A stretch of 62,121 nucleotides of DNA, the filler included, from Actinobacteria bacterium UBA7524 (GTDB lineage Bacteria; Actinomycetota; Coriobacteriia; Anaerosomatales; UBA912), in assembly GCA_002478275.1 (NCBI GenBank). It is 8 parts of 8 records of this genome, joined end to end, with 100 filler letters (N's around TTAATTAATTAA, not from the genome) between each part and the next. Parts side by side here need not be neighbours in the genome. Positions count along the whole stretch, not along the records: positions 3,753 to 22,924 come from DLMY01000038.1; 7 more parts are not named here. The stretch is one strand, 5' to 3'. The position numbers and the translations under genes are program-made. The notes under the pieces are model-generated. The model had not been told where the DNA came from. It worked only from the letters and a program-made list of their open reading frames with translations, and ran no database searches. Below, piece after piece: positions 10,097 to 20,361 of the stretch (position 1 is the first letter of the stretch; each line of letters opens with the position of its first letter).

Positions 10097-11074
10097 TCAG
10101 GGTGTGATCGTCGTACCCGCTCGCCCGTCCAGTGCCGCTTCCAGCTCGTCTGTAGCGCACAGGACAGCCCGGCACCCGCATGTGTCCACGGCATAGGCCG
10201 CCGCCGCGACCTTGGGCCCGATGCTGCCCTCGTCCAACTGCCCGGTGTCCAGCAACTCTCGGATCTGCGCCGAGGAGATCGTGTCGATATGGCGCGCGTC
10301 CGGTGTCCCGAACCCCTCGTAGAGGCCGTCGGCTTCCATGAGGATGGCGAAGAAGTCGGCGCCGAGTGCGACTGCGAGCAAGGCCCCCGCCCAGTCCTTG
10401 TCCACCACGGCATCGATGCCAGCGAGGGTCCCGTCTGCGTGCTCCACCACGGGTACACCTCCGCCCCCGGCGGCTATGACGATACAGCCTTCCTCGGCGA
10501 GTCTGACCACGGTGTCGATCTCGACGATGCGTGAAGGGAGCGGTGATGCGACCACCCGCCTCCACCCCAGGTCCGGGACGTTGCGAAAGACCCAGCCGTC
10601 CTCAGCGGCGCGGCGATGCATCTGTTCTTCGTCGAGATAGGGGCCTATGGGCTTGGTCGGGTGTGAGAAGGCCGGATCCGAAGCATCGACCACCGCCTGG
10701 GTCACGATCGTCGCGATCGGGCGGCGGGTCCCGTCGGCTACCATCGTGTTGTGCAGTGCCTGCTGGAGCATGAGTCCCACACCGCCTTCGGAATCCGCGC
10801 CAGCGATGTAGAGGGGCATCGGCGGTATGAGGTCGCGCGCAGCTTCACCCCGGATGACGATGTTGCCGACCACGGGACCGTTGCCGTGGGTCAGCACCAT
10901 GATCGCGCCGGTCCGCGCGAGCGAGGCGATGCCTCGCATGGCGTCGGCTGCATGAGCGAACTGCTGCTCGATGGTGCCGCGTTCACCTACGCGAACGATC
11001 GCGTTGCCGCCCAGTGCGGCCACGATTCGTTTCCGTCTGCCGGGAACCTGGCCCATCCGCATCTCTCCTGCCAC
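10097..11074 (-). CDS. arcC: Carbamate kinase
   Basis: ALGGNA, THGNGPVVG, PTKPIGP, WRRVVASP, GGGGVPV, AVVDKD. Confidence 0.95.
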   Translation of the reverse strand: MAGEMRMGQVPGRRKRIVAALGGNAIVRVGERGTIEQQFAHAADAMRGIASLARTGAIMVLTHGNGPVVGNIVIRGEAARDLIPPMPLYIAGADSEGGVGLMLQQALHNTMVADGTRRPIATIVTQAVVDASDPAFSHPTKPIGPYLDEEQMHRRAAEDGWVFRNVPDLGWRRVVASPLPSRIVEIDTVVRLAEEGCIVIAAGGGGVPVVEHADGTLAGIDAVVDKDWAGALLAVALGADFFAILMEADGLYEGFGTPDARHIDTISSAQIRELLDTGQLDEGSIGPKVAAAAYAVDTCGCRAVLCATDELEAALDGRAGTTITP

Positions 11075-11079
11075 TTACT

Positions 11080-12444
11080 TCACCCGCTGTTAGACGCGTC
11101 GCCGTCAAGGCCGTGGGTCTCGATGAAGGAGTCGATCACGTCCGTGAGTCTCGGCGATCCGTGGTCTTCGATACCATACGTCACCCGCACGACCGGCTTG
11201 TCGATCTCGATGAGACGTGCCAGGTCTATCGGAGTGCCGATAGCCACGACGTCCGCAGGGGTCGCCGTGATCGTCGCCTGCAGGTCGGCAAGCTGTTCGG
11301 CGGAGTAGCCCATCGCCGGGAGCGCCGAATCCAGGTGGGGGTAGTGCTCGAAGGTCGTGCGCAGGGAGCCTGTCGCGTAGGGAGCCGGATTGACGAGTTC
11401 TGCTGCGCCCGCTGCACGGGCGGCCAACACAGCGGCTCCATACGGCATCCCGCCGTGAGTCACCGTCGGGCCGTCTTCGACGCACAAGACCCGTGCGCCC
11501 GACAGCAGGGAGTCGTCGGCACTCTCGATCCTCGATGCGGTCTGGATCACGGTCGCTGTTGGGTTGTGCTCCCGTGCAGCATTCAGCACCGCACCGATAT
11601 CCTTGGCATCGGCGGAGTCCACCTTGTTGACGACGAGCACGTCAGCGGAGAGGAAGTTCGCTTCTCCCGGGTGGAAGAGGCGCTCGTGTCCGGGCCGGTG
11701 GGGGTCGAGGGCGACGATCGAGAGGTCGGGCCGGACGAAGGGCATATCGTTGTTCCCTCCGTCCCAGATGATGACGTCGGCCTCGGCCTCGGCAGCACGC
11801 AGGATCGCTTCGTAGTCGACACCGGCGAACACGACCATTCCCTGCGCGATGAGGTGTTCGTATTCCTCCCGCTCCTCGATCGTGCAACCGTAGCGGTCCA
11901 GGTCCTCAAGGGTCGCATAGCGTTCGACGGCCATGCGGGAGAGGTCCCGGTAGGGCATGGGATGCCGGATGTCGACCGCAACGAGGCCCCGTTCCCTGAG
12001 AAGTTCGAAGATGTGTCTGGAGATGCCGGACTTGCCTACGCCGGTGCGAACGGCGCACACGGAGATGATCGGGACGGCGCCCGGCAGCATCGTCCGGTTC
12101 GGGCCCAGAAGCTCGAAGTCGGCGCCGAGCGACAAGACAAGAGAGGCTCGGTGCATGACCTCTATGTGAGACACATCGCTGTATGCGAAGACGACCGCAT
12201 CTATGTCTTCTTCGCGTACCAGAGCAGGCAGGCGGTCCTCGGCGACGATCGGGATGCCGTCCGGATACAGCGGCCCGGCCAGGTCAGGCGGGAACCGCCT
12301 GTCGTCGATCCCGGGGATCTGAGTCGCGGTGAACGATACGACCTCGGTGTCCGGGTCGTCACGGTAGCAGGTCAGGAAGTTGTGGAAGTCCCTGCCGGCG
12401 GCACCCATTATCACTATCTTCTTACGCGGGTCCTTTGCGAGCAT
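11080..12444 (-). CDS. COG2403 P-loop NTPase (cyclic 2,3-diphosphoglycerate synthetase-like; probable arginine synthetase)
   Basis: IMGAAGRDFHNF, AVRTGVGKS P-loop, RHPMPY, TIEEREEYE, WDGGNND, VEDGPTVTHGGM; 5 bp upstream of arcC. Confidence 0.85.
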   Translation of the reverse strand: MLAKDPRKKIVIMGAAGRDFHNFLTCYRDDPDTEVVSFTATQIPGIDDRRFPPDLAGPLYPDGIPIVAEDRLPALVREEDIDAVVFAYSDVSHIEVMHRASLVLSLGADFELLGPNRTMLPGAVPIISVCAVRTGVGKSGISRHIFELLRERGLVAVDIRHPMPYRDLSRMAVERYATLEDLDRYGCTIEEREEYEHLIAQGMVVFAGVDYEAILRAAEAEADVIIWDGGNNDMPFVRPDLSIVALDPHRPGHERLFHPGEANFLSADVLVVNKVDSADAKDIGAVLNAAREHNPTATVIQTASRIESADDSLLSGARVLCVEDGPTVTHGGMPYGAAVLAARAAGAAELVNPAPYATGSLRTTFEHYPHLDSALPAMGYSAEQLADLQATITATPADVVAIGTPIDLARLIEIDKPVVRVTYGIEDHGSPRLTDVIDSFIETHGLDGDASNSG

Positions 12445-12471
12445 GCCGCTCCTTTCGAGTGGTCGCGGTGG

Positions 12472-13383
12472 TCAGGATATGACTGTCGTCACTCCGGGAT
12501 GCTGCCTGGCTATCACCAGCACAGCCGCCGTACCCGCTTCCGGGTGGGTACTCAGCTGCAGGCCTGCATCAAGTGCCTCGACCGCAGCGAGCAGGATCGA
12601 GAACCCCAGACCGGAGAGTGATGGGTCGTCAGCGCCGGTTCCCGGGACACGGTAGAGTCTGTCGAGGCCGTGCGGCAGCTCGTAGTCCGGTATGCCTCCG
12701 CCCTCGCTCTCGATCAGCACGTGCGTCTCCTCGGCCTCGTCGGTGACGCGCAGGGATACTCTGCCGTTCGAATCCGCCAACTCCACGGCACCGGAGAGAA
12801 GTGCAGCTATGGCCCGCGAGAGTATCTCCGGATCCGCCTGGACCGGGCAGGCGTAGCTGGGTAAGTCCAGCTCCAGCCGCAGACCACGCTCCCACAGCTC
12901 TCTTTCCAGGTTTCGGGAGACGGAGCGTGCGATCGAGCAGATGTCCGCATCCAGGGCCCGATCCTCTTCCAGACCCTCATGTGCGTCGGTGAACGCGAGC
13001 AGGTCGTCGAGGACCGCGAGCAACTGGTCCCCCGAGGCCTTCATCATCTCGAGCTGGGTTCGCTGTTCGGCGTTGAGTGGACCTGCAGCCTCCGAGAGCA
13101 GCACCTTGGTGAAGCCGATGATAGAGGTCAGTGGCGTGCGCAGTGAATGGTTCATGTCCGCCAGGAAACGGTCCTTCGTCCTGGCGCTGAGCTGCAGGCG
13201 CGCGTTGGAATTCCTGACCTCGCTCAGGCTTCTGTCCACGATCCTTGCGATGTGCTGCTGGTACTCCTGGACTTCGGCAAGGAGGGAATCGCGGGAGCGG
13301 CTCACCGTCTCCAGTTCCGCTTCCAGCTGACGCATGTGCTCGCTGTCCAAGGAGGTCTCGTCATCCACGGCGGTATCCCTCAA
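12472..13383 (-). CDS. Cytoplasmic HisKA/HATPase histidine kinase-like protein with degenerate ATP-binding boxes
   Basis: FLADMNHSLRTPLTSIIGF H-box; N and G1 boxes altered (LLSGAV, ESEGGGI). Confidence 0.75.
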   Translation of the reverse strand: MRDTAVDDETSLDSEHMRQLEAELETVSRSRDSLLAEVQEYQQHIARIVDRSLSEVRNSNARLQLSARTKDRFLADMNHSLRTPLTSIIGFTKVLLSEAAGPLNAEQRTQLEMMKASGDQLLAVLDDLLAFTDAHEGLEEDRALDADICSIARSVSRNLERELWERGLRLELDLPSYACPVQADPEILSRAIAALLSGAVELADSNGRVSLRVTDEAEETHVLIESEGGGIPDYELPHGLDRLYRVPGTGADDPSLSGLGFSILLAAVEALDAGLQLSTHPEAGTAAVLVIARQHPGVTTVIS

Positions 13384-13490
13384 GCAGGTCGGCTGCCCTC
13401 CAGTGCAGTATAGTCCTTATGACAGGTTCGCATCTGGAAGACGGGTCTTCATGCCGAGGAGACCCTGTGTGCATGAGGAGGGGTTCGCGG

Positions 13491-13793
13491 ATGGAGATGG
13501 CGCTGATGATCGTCGGCGGCCTTGCGGGACTGGTCGGAGGCTTCTTCTCGGGCATGCCTGTCGGCCGCTTTGTGAAAGGGCGTCCGCTGTTCATCTATTG
13601 GCTCGCGGGGTTCGGGGTGTTCGTCGTGGGCGTCGCGATCTCGACGATCGGTTTCGCCATGGACTGGACCGCATTGGCCCTTTTCGGCGCAGGGCTGGTC
13701 GGCGGTGGACTGACTGGCATGAAGTACGGGTCGGGGAAGGTACCGCTGGTAGTCGCGCCAAGAGACGAATCAGCCCCCGTCGATGCCGAGTAG
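13491..13793 (+). CDS. Small membrane protein
   Basis: Three hydrophobic Gly-rich segments; RBS GGAGG. Confidence 0.65.
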   Translation: MEMALMIVGGLAGLVGGFFSGMPVGRFVKGRPLFIYWLAGFGVFVVGVAISTIGFAMDWTALALFGAGLVGGGLTGMKYGSGKVPLVVAPRDESAPVDAE

Positions 13794-14585
13794 CTCCGTC
13801 AGGCGGTCGGCCCGGAAGTCCACACAGATATCCTCGCCGATCTCGAACGTGGGGGTGTGAAGCCGGCCATCGTTGAGCGCGGCCGCGCGCTCGCGCGCTG
13901 TGTTGTCCGATGAGACGTCGACTTCCGTGAAGCTGATGCCGTGTTGCTTGAGCCACGCCCTTGCCGACCTGCAGTCAGGACACCAGGGGGTGCAGTACAT
14001 CACGACGGCGGAGCCGGCGCCGGATGTTGAGGCCGCAGGCGAGGACTCCGCAGGCGCCGTGTCGGTCTCGGCAGTCTGTTCGGACGGCTCCGGCTGTGTG
14101 GCCGGCAGGGCCGCCAGTTCGGGTTCCAGCTCACCGAGCAAGTCGAAGAGCACTTCGTTGTCCGGCTGGTCGTCGATGGCGTGGACGTCCGAGTAGCGCA
14201 CGATCCCCTCGCGGTCCACCAGGAAGACCGCCCGTTCGGAGGTTCCCTCCTCGCGGCGGAACACGCCCCACGTCGTGGCGACCTCGCCATGAGGCCAGAA
14301 ATCGGACAGCAGCGGATAGGTGATTCCCTCCAGACTCTCCGCCCAGGCCTTCAGGCAGGGAACATGGTCGACGCTCACACCCACGACCTGGGTGTCGAAC
14401 CCTTCGAACCGGGCCAGTTGCGCCTGATACGAGGGTATCTGGTTGGTTCAAACAGGCGTCCATGCGAGGGGGAAGAACGCGATCACCACGTTGCGTCCGC
14501 GAAGCGCGGAAAGGTCGAACGACTCGTCCAGGTGGGTCGTTCCGACGAGTGCGGGTGCAGGGTCACCAGGCTGTGGAACCTTCAT
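13770..14585 (-). CDS. Selenocysteine-containing peroxiredoxin (AhpC/TSA) fused to a glutaredoxin-like domain
   Basis: ORFs 14448-14585 and 13770-14384 are in frame across TGA at 14448-14450: FFPLAWTPV-U-TNQIPSY..GVSVDH..LLSDFWPHG..ERAVFLVD; C-terminal YCTPWCPDC. Confidence 0.85.
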
Positions 14586-14599
14586 CGCGAACCCCCGTA

Positions 14600-15529
14600 T
14601 CATCGCTCCTGTTCCAGGCACCAGCTGTAGAGGGTCGGCAAGGTCGTGTCCAGTGGCAAGGCGTCGTAATAGAGCGTTCGTCCGTCTCTGTCGACCAAGA
14701 GCCACGACGGTGCGACCAGTGTCTTGTTCTGTCCTGTCAGTCCACTCGGCTGGACATGGAACAGCCGCAGTAACGTGGCGACCGTGTCCCACCATCCCGA
14801 AACCGTCACTGTCGGGAGATCGTACTCCTTGATGAGTGCCTCGGTTTCGGCGCGCTGTGTCAGCAAGTCGACCGTCACGACCTCGATGTCGTTGGGGAAC
14901 TGATCCTCAAGACCCATCGTCTCCTTGCGCAGAGTGCGCAGGTCCGCGGCGGTCACGGTGCCGAACAGGTTGGGTGCGTTGTCGGTGTCCGACACGTAGA
15001 AGTAGTAGATGAGCGCAGGGTTGGTCTTGACGCGTGCATCAGTGCCGGCGAAGGAGCCCTGCCACTGGTCATGACCCCCGGCAACATAATGCGAGTTGTT
15101 GAACCCTTCGCGAGCGAGTATCGCTTGAGCGGACCTTGCGCGAGACTCCGCAGAGCTGGTGATCACGATGGTATCCGACCGGGCCCATGTGGTCATCAGA
15201 TCGTTCAGCGATCGCATCGGGACGTTTGATGTTCCCGCGATATGCTCGCGGTCGTACTCGCTCTTGGTGTCCACGTTGATGAATCGCGCTCCGTCGGCGA
15301 CAAGCTCTGCTGCGTCGAAGTAGTCGATCTTCGGCTCCAGGCCAGAGTCGGAGACGGGAGCGGTGTCCTCGACCGATGGCTGGACGGGCGGAGGCGGCGG
15401 CGTGGTCACCGCCAGGTCGTCGGATTCGAACATGAAGCAGCCGGAAAGTGCCAGCATCGCCGGCAGTAGGACAAGCAGGGTGACTGAACGTATAGTGCGG
15501 GCCGCCCGGTGGTGTGACGTCGAGTGCAT
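14600..15529 (-). CDS. Lipoprotein with rhodanese-like and thioredoxin-like domains
   Basis: Lipobox LSGC; EYDREHIAG..VAGG..W rhodanese-like motifs without an obvious catalytic Cys. Confidence 0.7.
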   Translation of the reverse strand: MHSTSHHRAARTIRSVTLLVLLPAMLALSGCFMFESDDLAVTTPPPPPVQPSVEDTAPVSDSGLEPKIDYFDAAELVADGARFINVDTKSEYDREHIAGTSNVPMRSLNDLMTTWARSDTIVITSSAESRARSAQAILAREGFNNSHYVAGGHDQWQGSFAGTDARVKTNPALIYYFYVSDTDNAPNLFGTVTAADLRTLRKETMGLEDQFPNDIEVVTVDLLTQRAETEALIKEYDLPTVTVSGWWDTVATLLRLFHVQPSGLTGQNKTLVAPSWLLVDRDGRTLYYDALPLDTTLPTLYSWCLEQER

Positions 15530-15765
15530 CGGGGCTCCTCCTTCGAGGCTATGGTCCACAGTGACGCCGCGGCCGGTTCTCCTCGGCCGAAGCGCATCGT
15601 GCGAGACATGTCTTTCGCCGACGATGTTACCATGCTAGAGGATGAATACGCTGCATTCACAGTGTTATTGCCACGTGTGGCTGCGTACGTGCCGCGCGTG
15701 GTGTGTCATCATCTTGGACCAGGGGCGGAAGCCGGAACGATGACGTGAGGTCAGGTGAGGTAGCA

Positions 15766-16560
15766 GTGCCCGATGAAGCGCACTCTCTTGCGGTGTTCAT
15801 CGATTTCGAGAATCTTGCGCTCGGCATAGAGAAGTCCGGTCCCCGGGGGCGTGGACGCGGTGCGGTCAAGAAGAACGGCGCGATGCTCGACATGAAGCGG
15901 GTACTTGAGCGTCTCGTCGAGAAAGGCAAGATCGTCGCGAAGCGCGCGTACTCCGATTGGAGCCGCTTCGGTGATTACGTCACGCCGTTGCACGAGCTGG
16001 GCATCGAGCTCACCGAGATCCCCGAGCGGGGCATGACCGGCAAGAATTCCGCCGACATCCGGCTTGTGGTCGATGCGATGGAGCTGTCGTACACCAAGGA
16101 GCACATCGACACCTTCGTGATCGTTTCAGGTGACAGCGACTTCACCCCGCTGGTGAGCAAGCTCAAGGAGAACGGCAAGACCGTCATCGGCCTGGGGCTC
16201 AAGGACTCCACAAGCGATCTTCTCGCCGCGAACTGCGACGAGTTCATCTACTACGAGGACATCGGCGCCGCTGCGGGTGCGCCCGCGTTGGGAGACAGCG
16301 TGTCCGCCAAGAAGCGTCCTGCGTTCAAGTTGCTGTTCGAAACCATCGAGGCCCTGCAGCGCGAGAACGTGGACCCCATGCACAGCTCGCTGATCAAGGA
16401 CACCATCAAGCGCAAGCAACCTTCGTTCGCCGAATCGAGCTTCGGGTACCGCTCCTTCACCCAGCTGCTCGAGGACGCCCAGAAGCTCGGTTTCGTCACG
16501 CTGCGCAAGGACCAGCGTTCCGGTACGTACGTCGTCGAAGGATTCGTCGAGAAGAAGTGA
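15766..16560 (+). CDS. NYN (LabA/DUF88) domain protein with C-terminal OST-HTH/LOTUS
   Basis: FIDFEN, KNSADIRLVVDA, VSGDSDF, CDEFIYY, FGYRSFTQLL. Confidence 0.9.
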   Translation: MPDEAHSLAVFIDFENLALGIEKSGPRGRGRGAVKKNGAMLDMKRVLERLVEKGKIVAKRAYSDWSRFGDYVTPLHELGIELTEIPERGMTGKNSADIRLVVDAMELSYTKEHIDTFVIVSGDSDFTPLVSKLKENGKTVIGLGLKDSTSDLLAANCDEFIYYEDIGAAAGAPALGDSVSAKKRPAFKLLFETIEALQRENVDPMHSSLIKDTIKRKQPSFAESSFGYRSFTQLLEDAQKLGFVTLRKDQRSGTYVVEGFVEKK

Positions 16561-16634
16561 GTGCCCCTGTCGAGACTCCAGCAGTACCAGCCGCACTCTG
16601 ATACGCACCCCGATACCTGCCGAGGAGACCTTTG

Positions 16635-18110
16635 ATGGGCACAGCATCCCGAAACGATCCGATCCGACGCGCCTCGCTGAGGGCGTGGTGTTCGAGGATG
16701 TTCGCGCTTCTCGGGGCTGCGGCGCTCGTGTTCGTCTGTGTGGTCGAACCCGCGTATGCCATATCTCGCGACACCATCATCGCGCGTGCTCAGCGGTGGG
16801 TGGACCTCAAGGTTCCCTACAGCCAGACCACCACCTTCGAGGGCTATCGCACGGACTGTTCGGGGTTCGTCTCCATGGCATGGGCTCTGCCCGTGCCGGG
16901 CCGCAGTACCCGTAACCTCGCTGAGGTCTGCACACCCATCACCAAAGACGATCTTCAGCCCGGTGACATGATGCTGCTTGAGGGTTCCCATGCGGCCATC
17001 TTCGCGGGGTGGGCGAACCCAGAGCGTACGGTCTGGCGTTCGCTTGAGCAGTCGAGCTCGAACAGCGGTGCTGTGGCCAGACTCATCCCGTACCCATGGT
17101 GGGGAGGTACCGCATACCTTCCGTATCGCTACAAGGGGGTCGGTGACGACTATCTCGACGCGATCGTTCCCGTATACGGTCAGACGCGTTACGAGACCGC
17201 GGTCAAAGCCGCATGGCTCGGTCATGCCACTGCGGGCTCCACGCAAGTGGTCGTCGTTGCGACGGGGGCTGACTGGCCCGACGCTCTGGGTGGAGCTGCT
17301 CTGGCGGGTGCGTACGACGCTCCGGTCCTGTTGACGCGCGGGAAGACGCTGCCGACCGAGGTGCGCGACGAGATCGCGCGTCTCGGGGCCGAGCGAGCGA
17401 TCGTTCTCGGTGGACCTTCCGCCGTGGAGACCGCCGTGGTCGATGCGATAGCCGCACTCCCCGGTGTCGCGGTCGAGCGTATCGGGGGCAAGGACCGCTA
17501 CGAGACCGCAGCGCTCGTGGCCCGCGCTACCGCCGCGGGCCTTGCCGCAGGTGGACGCACATACGATGGCGGGGCGTATCTTGCGACGGGTCGCGACTTC
17601 CCCGATGCGCTGGCCGCCTCACCTCCCGCGTATGTCTCGGGCCGTCCCATACTGCTCACCAGGCGCTCCCAGGTCCCCAGCTCGACGCTCGAGGTGTTCG
17701 CCGACCTGGCCGTCGAAGACGTGTGGGTCCTTGGTGGTGAGGCCGCAGTGGATACCACCGCGGCGGCGCAGGTCGAAGCCACGGGTGCGACGGTGAGGCG
17801 TCTCTCGGGCGCGAACAGGTACGCGACGGCGCTGGTTGTGGCCACGCACGGGGAGGCTCTCGGCCTGAAGTGGGCAGGGGCGGGTATGGCGACGGGTACA
17901 TCGTTCGCCGATGCGCTGAGCGGAGGTGTCGCACAAGGCAAGGCCGGCTCACTCATGTTGCTGACACCGCCGAACTCGATGCGTATCGATGTCGAGTCGG
18001 CGTTGCGTGCCAAGCGCTCACAGATCGGGAAGGTGCGCTGCTACGGTGGGTACGCCGCGATCGGCGATGCGGTACGGGCCCGCATCGCGCATGCGATCCG
18101 CGGGGAGTAA
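16635..18110 (+). CDS. NlpC/P60-type peptidoglycan hydrolase with three cell wall binding 2 repeats
   Basis: YRTDCSGFVSMAW, LQPGD, H; repeats GQTRYETA / GKDRYETA / GANRYATA with PDAL/ADAL. Confidence 0.9.
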   Translation: MGTASRNDPIRRASLRAWCSRMFALLGAAALVFVCVVEPAYAISRDTIIARAQRWVDLKVPYSQTTTFEGYRTDCSGFVSMAWALPVPGRSTRNLAEVCTPITKDDLQPGDMMLLEGSHAAIFAGWANPERTVWRSLEQSSSNSGAVARLIPYPWWGGTAYLPYRYKGVGDDYLDAIVPVYGQTRYETAVKAAWLGHATAGSTQVVVVATGADWPDALGGAALAGAYDAPVLLTRGKTLPTEVRDEIARLGAERAIVLGGPSAVETAVVDAIAALPGVAVERIGGKDRYETAALVARATAAGLAAGGRTYDGGAYLATGRDFPDALAASPPAYVSGRPILLTRRSQVPSSTLEVFADLAVEDVWVLGGEAAVDTTAAAQVEATGATVRRLSGANRYATALVVATHGEALGLKWAGAGMATGTSFADALSGGVAQGKAGSLMLLTPPNSMRIDVESALRAKRSQIGKVRCYGGYAAIGDAVRARIAHAIRGE

Positions 18111-18120
18111 TCCGACCGTC

Positions 18121-20361
18121 ATGACTTCGTACACGTTCTTCGCGCCATCGGCTCTGGGCATCGAGGACCTCCTCGGCGAGGAATTGCGCGTATTGGGCGC
18201 CGAGCGTGTCCGCGCCGCGCGTGCCGGCGTCGCTTTCAGTGGTTCACTCGAGACCGCCTACCGTGCGTGCCTGTGGAGCAGGACCGCCTCACGCGTCTTG
18301 CTGCGTCTTGCCGAAGTCCCTGCGTCCGATGCCGAGGAGCTCTATGAGAACGTGCGAGCCATCGCGTGGGAGGACCACCTGGCGGCCGACGGCACGCTTG
18401 CGGTGGACTTCACCGGCGCGAGGTCGCCGATCACGCACTCGCACTACGGGGCGCTCAAGGTCAAAGACGCTGTCGTGGACCGGTTCAGGGACAGGACGGG
18501 CAAGAGGCCTTCTGTGGACACGGAGTCGCCGGATGTTCGGATCAACGTCGCCGCCCGGACGCGAAGTGCGGTCATCAGCATCGACCTTGCCGGGGATGCG
18601 CTCCACAGGCGGGGCTACCGTGCTCCGGGTGAGCAGGCTGAAGCGCCGCTCAAAGAGACGTTGGCGGCCGCAGTGCTTCTGTTCGCGGGCTGGCCTGAGA
18701 TCGCTGCCGGGGGCGGTGCGCTGATCGACCCTATGTGCGGTTCGGGGACGCTTGTCATCGAGGGCGCTTCGATGGCAGGCGACCGCGCCCCGGGGCTCCT
18801 GCGTCACCGCTGGGGATTCGACCGGTGGCTCGGGCACGACGCAGAGGTGTGGGCCGGCCTGCTCGACGAAGCCGATGCGCGTGCTGAGGCGGGCGCCTCC
18901 ACCGTGCCGCCGATACGAGCTACAGACAACGATCCGAGGGCGGTCGAACTCGCGCGCGCATGTGTCGCGAGGGCGGGACTCTCGACCGCCGTTGATGTGG
19001 ACCTTGCAGATGTGCGTGAGCTCGCCGCTCCCGGGACCGTGACACCCTCTGGGGCCGCCGCGATCCCGGGGCTGCTCGTCACCAACCCGCCGTATGGCGA
19101 AAGACTGGGTACCCAAGACGAAGCCGCCACACTGTTGGAGACGCTGGGTTCTCGCGCTCGCGAGGCGCTGCCCGGCTATCGGGTCGCCGTCATCTCCGCG
19201 CGGGAGGCGCCGCTTCATCGCATGCAGCTGCCCGAGCACAAGACCTGTCACGTCTACAACGGGCGCATCCCGGCCGCCGTCACGGTGTTCTCGGTGCCCG
19301 GGCGAAAGGCCGTTGCCGGTCGCGGGCCCGGCGAAGGGACGGCTGGCGGCGAATGCCGGAGCGTCGGGTCTTTCTCGGCCGATTCCATGTTCGCGAACCG
19401 CTTGCGCAAGAACGTCAAGCGTCTCGGCAAGTGGGCGCGGCGCACGGGTGTGAGCTGCTATCGCCTCTACGATGCGGACATGCCCGAGTTCGCTGTCGCG
19501 GTCGACCTGTACCACGGAGCGGGACCCGATGAGGGCGGCAGCTGGCTGCACGTCGCCGAGTACGCGCCGCCGAAGGATGTCGACCCGGTCGCGGCCAGGC
19601 GGCGCCTGGATGAAGTCATCGAGGTGCTGCCTGAGGTCACCGGTGTGCCGCCCGAGAACGTGCATCTGAAGGTCCGTGTCCGCCAGAAGGGCGATAGCCA
19701 GTACGAGCGCCTCGGGCGCAGCGGGCGTATGTACACGGTGAGCGAAGCCGGGCTCGTGTTCCTGGTGAACCTGACGGACTACCTGGATACGGGGTTGTTC
19801 CTCGATCATCGTCCGACCCGGGCACTGGTGCGTGAGCTGGCGGGTGGCGGGCGCTTCCTGAACCTGTTCGCTTACACGGGTGCGGCGACGGTCTATGCGG
19901 TAGCCGGTGGCGCTCGCGAGTCGCTGACCATCGACATGTCCAACACCTATCTCGACTGGGCGCGACGCAATCTGGCCCTCAATGCCCTGGACGGCGGGCG
20001 GCACGAGTTCCTTCGCGCTGACGTGCTTGACTGGCTCGAGAAGCAGGAGCCGGGACGTGTCGCGCCGTTCGACCTGATCTTCTGCGACCCGCCGACGTTC
20101 TCCACTTCCAAGCGAATGGAAGGCACGCTGGACGTGCAGCGCGACCACGCAGGGCTCCTCGGCGGGCTGGGGAAGTTGCTCGCACCCGGAGGGACCATCC
20201 TGTTCTCCAACAACTTCCGGCGGTTCAAGATGGACCACGCCGGGCTCAGGCGCGAGGGTCTGTGCGCCGAGGACATCACGGCGTCGACCATCCCCGAGGA
20301 CTTCGCCCGCAACCCCCGCATCCACAACACCTGGAGGATCTCGCGTGACGGTGGCGGCTGA
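18121..20361 (+). CDS. rlmKL: Bifunctional 23S rRNA methyltransferase RlmKL
   Basis: THUMP, LHRRGYR, APLKETLAA, DPMCGSGT, NPPYGERL; second domain FANRLRKN, DYLDTGLFLDHR, LNLFAYTG, DPPTFS. Confidence 0.95.
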   Translation: MTSYTFFAPSALGIEDLLGEELRVLGAERVRAARAGVAFSGSLETAYRACLWSRTASRVLLRLAEVPASDAEELYENVRAIAWEDHLAADGTLAVDFTGARSPITHSHYGALKVKDAVVDRFRDRTGKRPSVDTESPDVRINVAARTRSAVISIDLAGDALHRRGYRAPGEQAEAPLKETLAAAVLLFAGWPEIAAGGGALIDPMCGSGTLVIEGASMAGDRAPGLLRHRWGFDRWLGHDAEVWAGLLDEADARAEAGASTVPPIRATDNDPRAVELARACVARAGLSTAVDVDLADVRELAAPGTVTPSGAAAIPGLLVTNPPYGERLGTQDEAATLLETLGSRAREALPGYRVAVISAREAPLHRMQLPEHKTCHVYNGRIPAAVTVFSVPGRKAVAGRGPGEGTAGGECRSVGSFSADSMFANRLRKNVKRLGKWARRTGVSCYRLYDADMPEFAVAVDLYHGAGPDEGGSWLHVAEYAPPKDVDPVAARRRLDEVIEVLPEVTGVPPENVHLKVRVRQKGDSQYERLGRSGRMYTVSEAGLVFLVNLTDYLDTGLFLDHRPTRALVRELAGGGRFLNLFAYTGAATVYAVAGGARESLTIDMSNTYLDWARRNLALNALDGGRHEFLRADVLDWLEKQEPGRVAPFDLIFCDPPTFSTSKRMEGTLDVQRDHAGLLGGLGKLLAPGGTILFSNNFRRFKMDHAGLRREGLCAEDITASTIPEDFARNPRIHNTWRISRDGGG

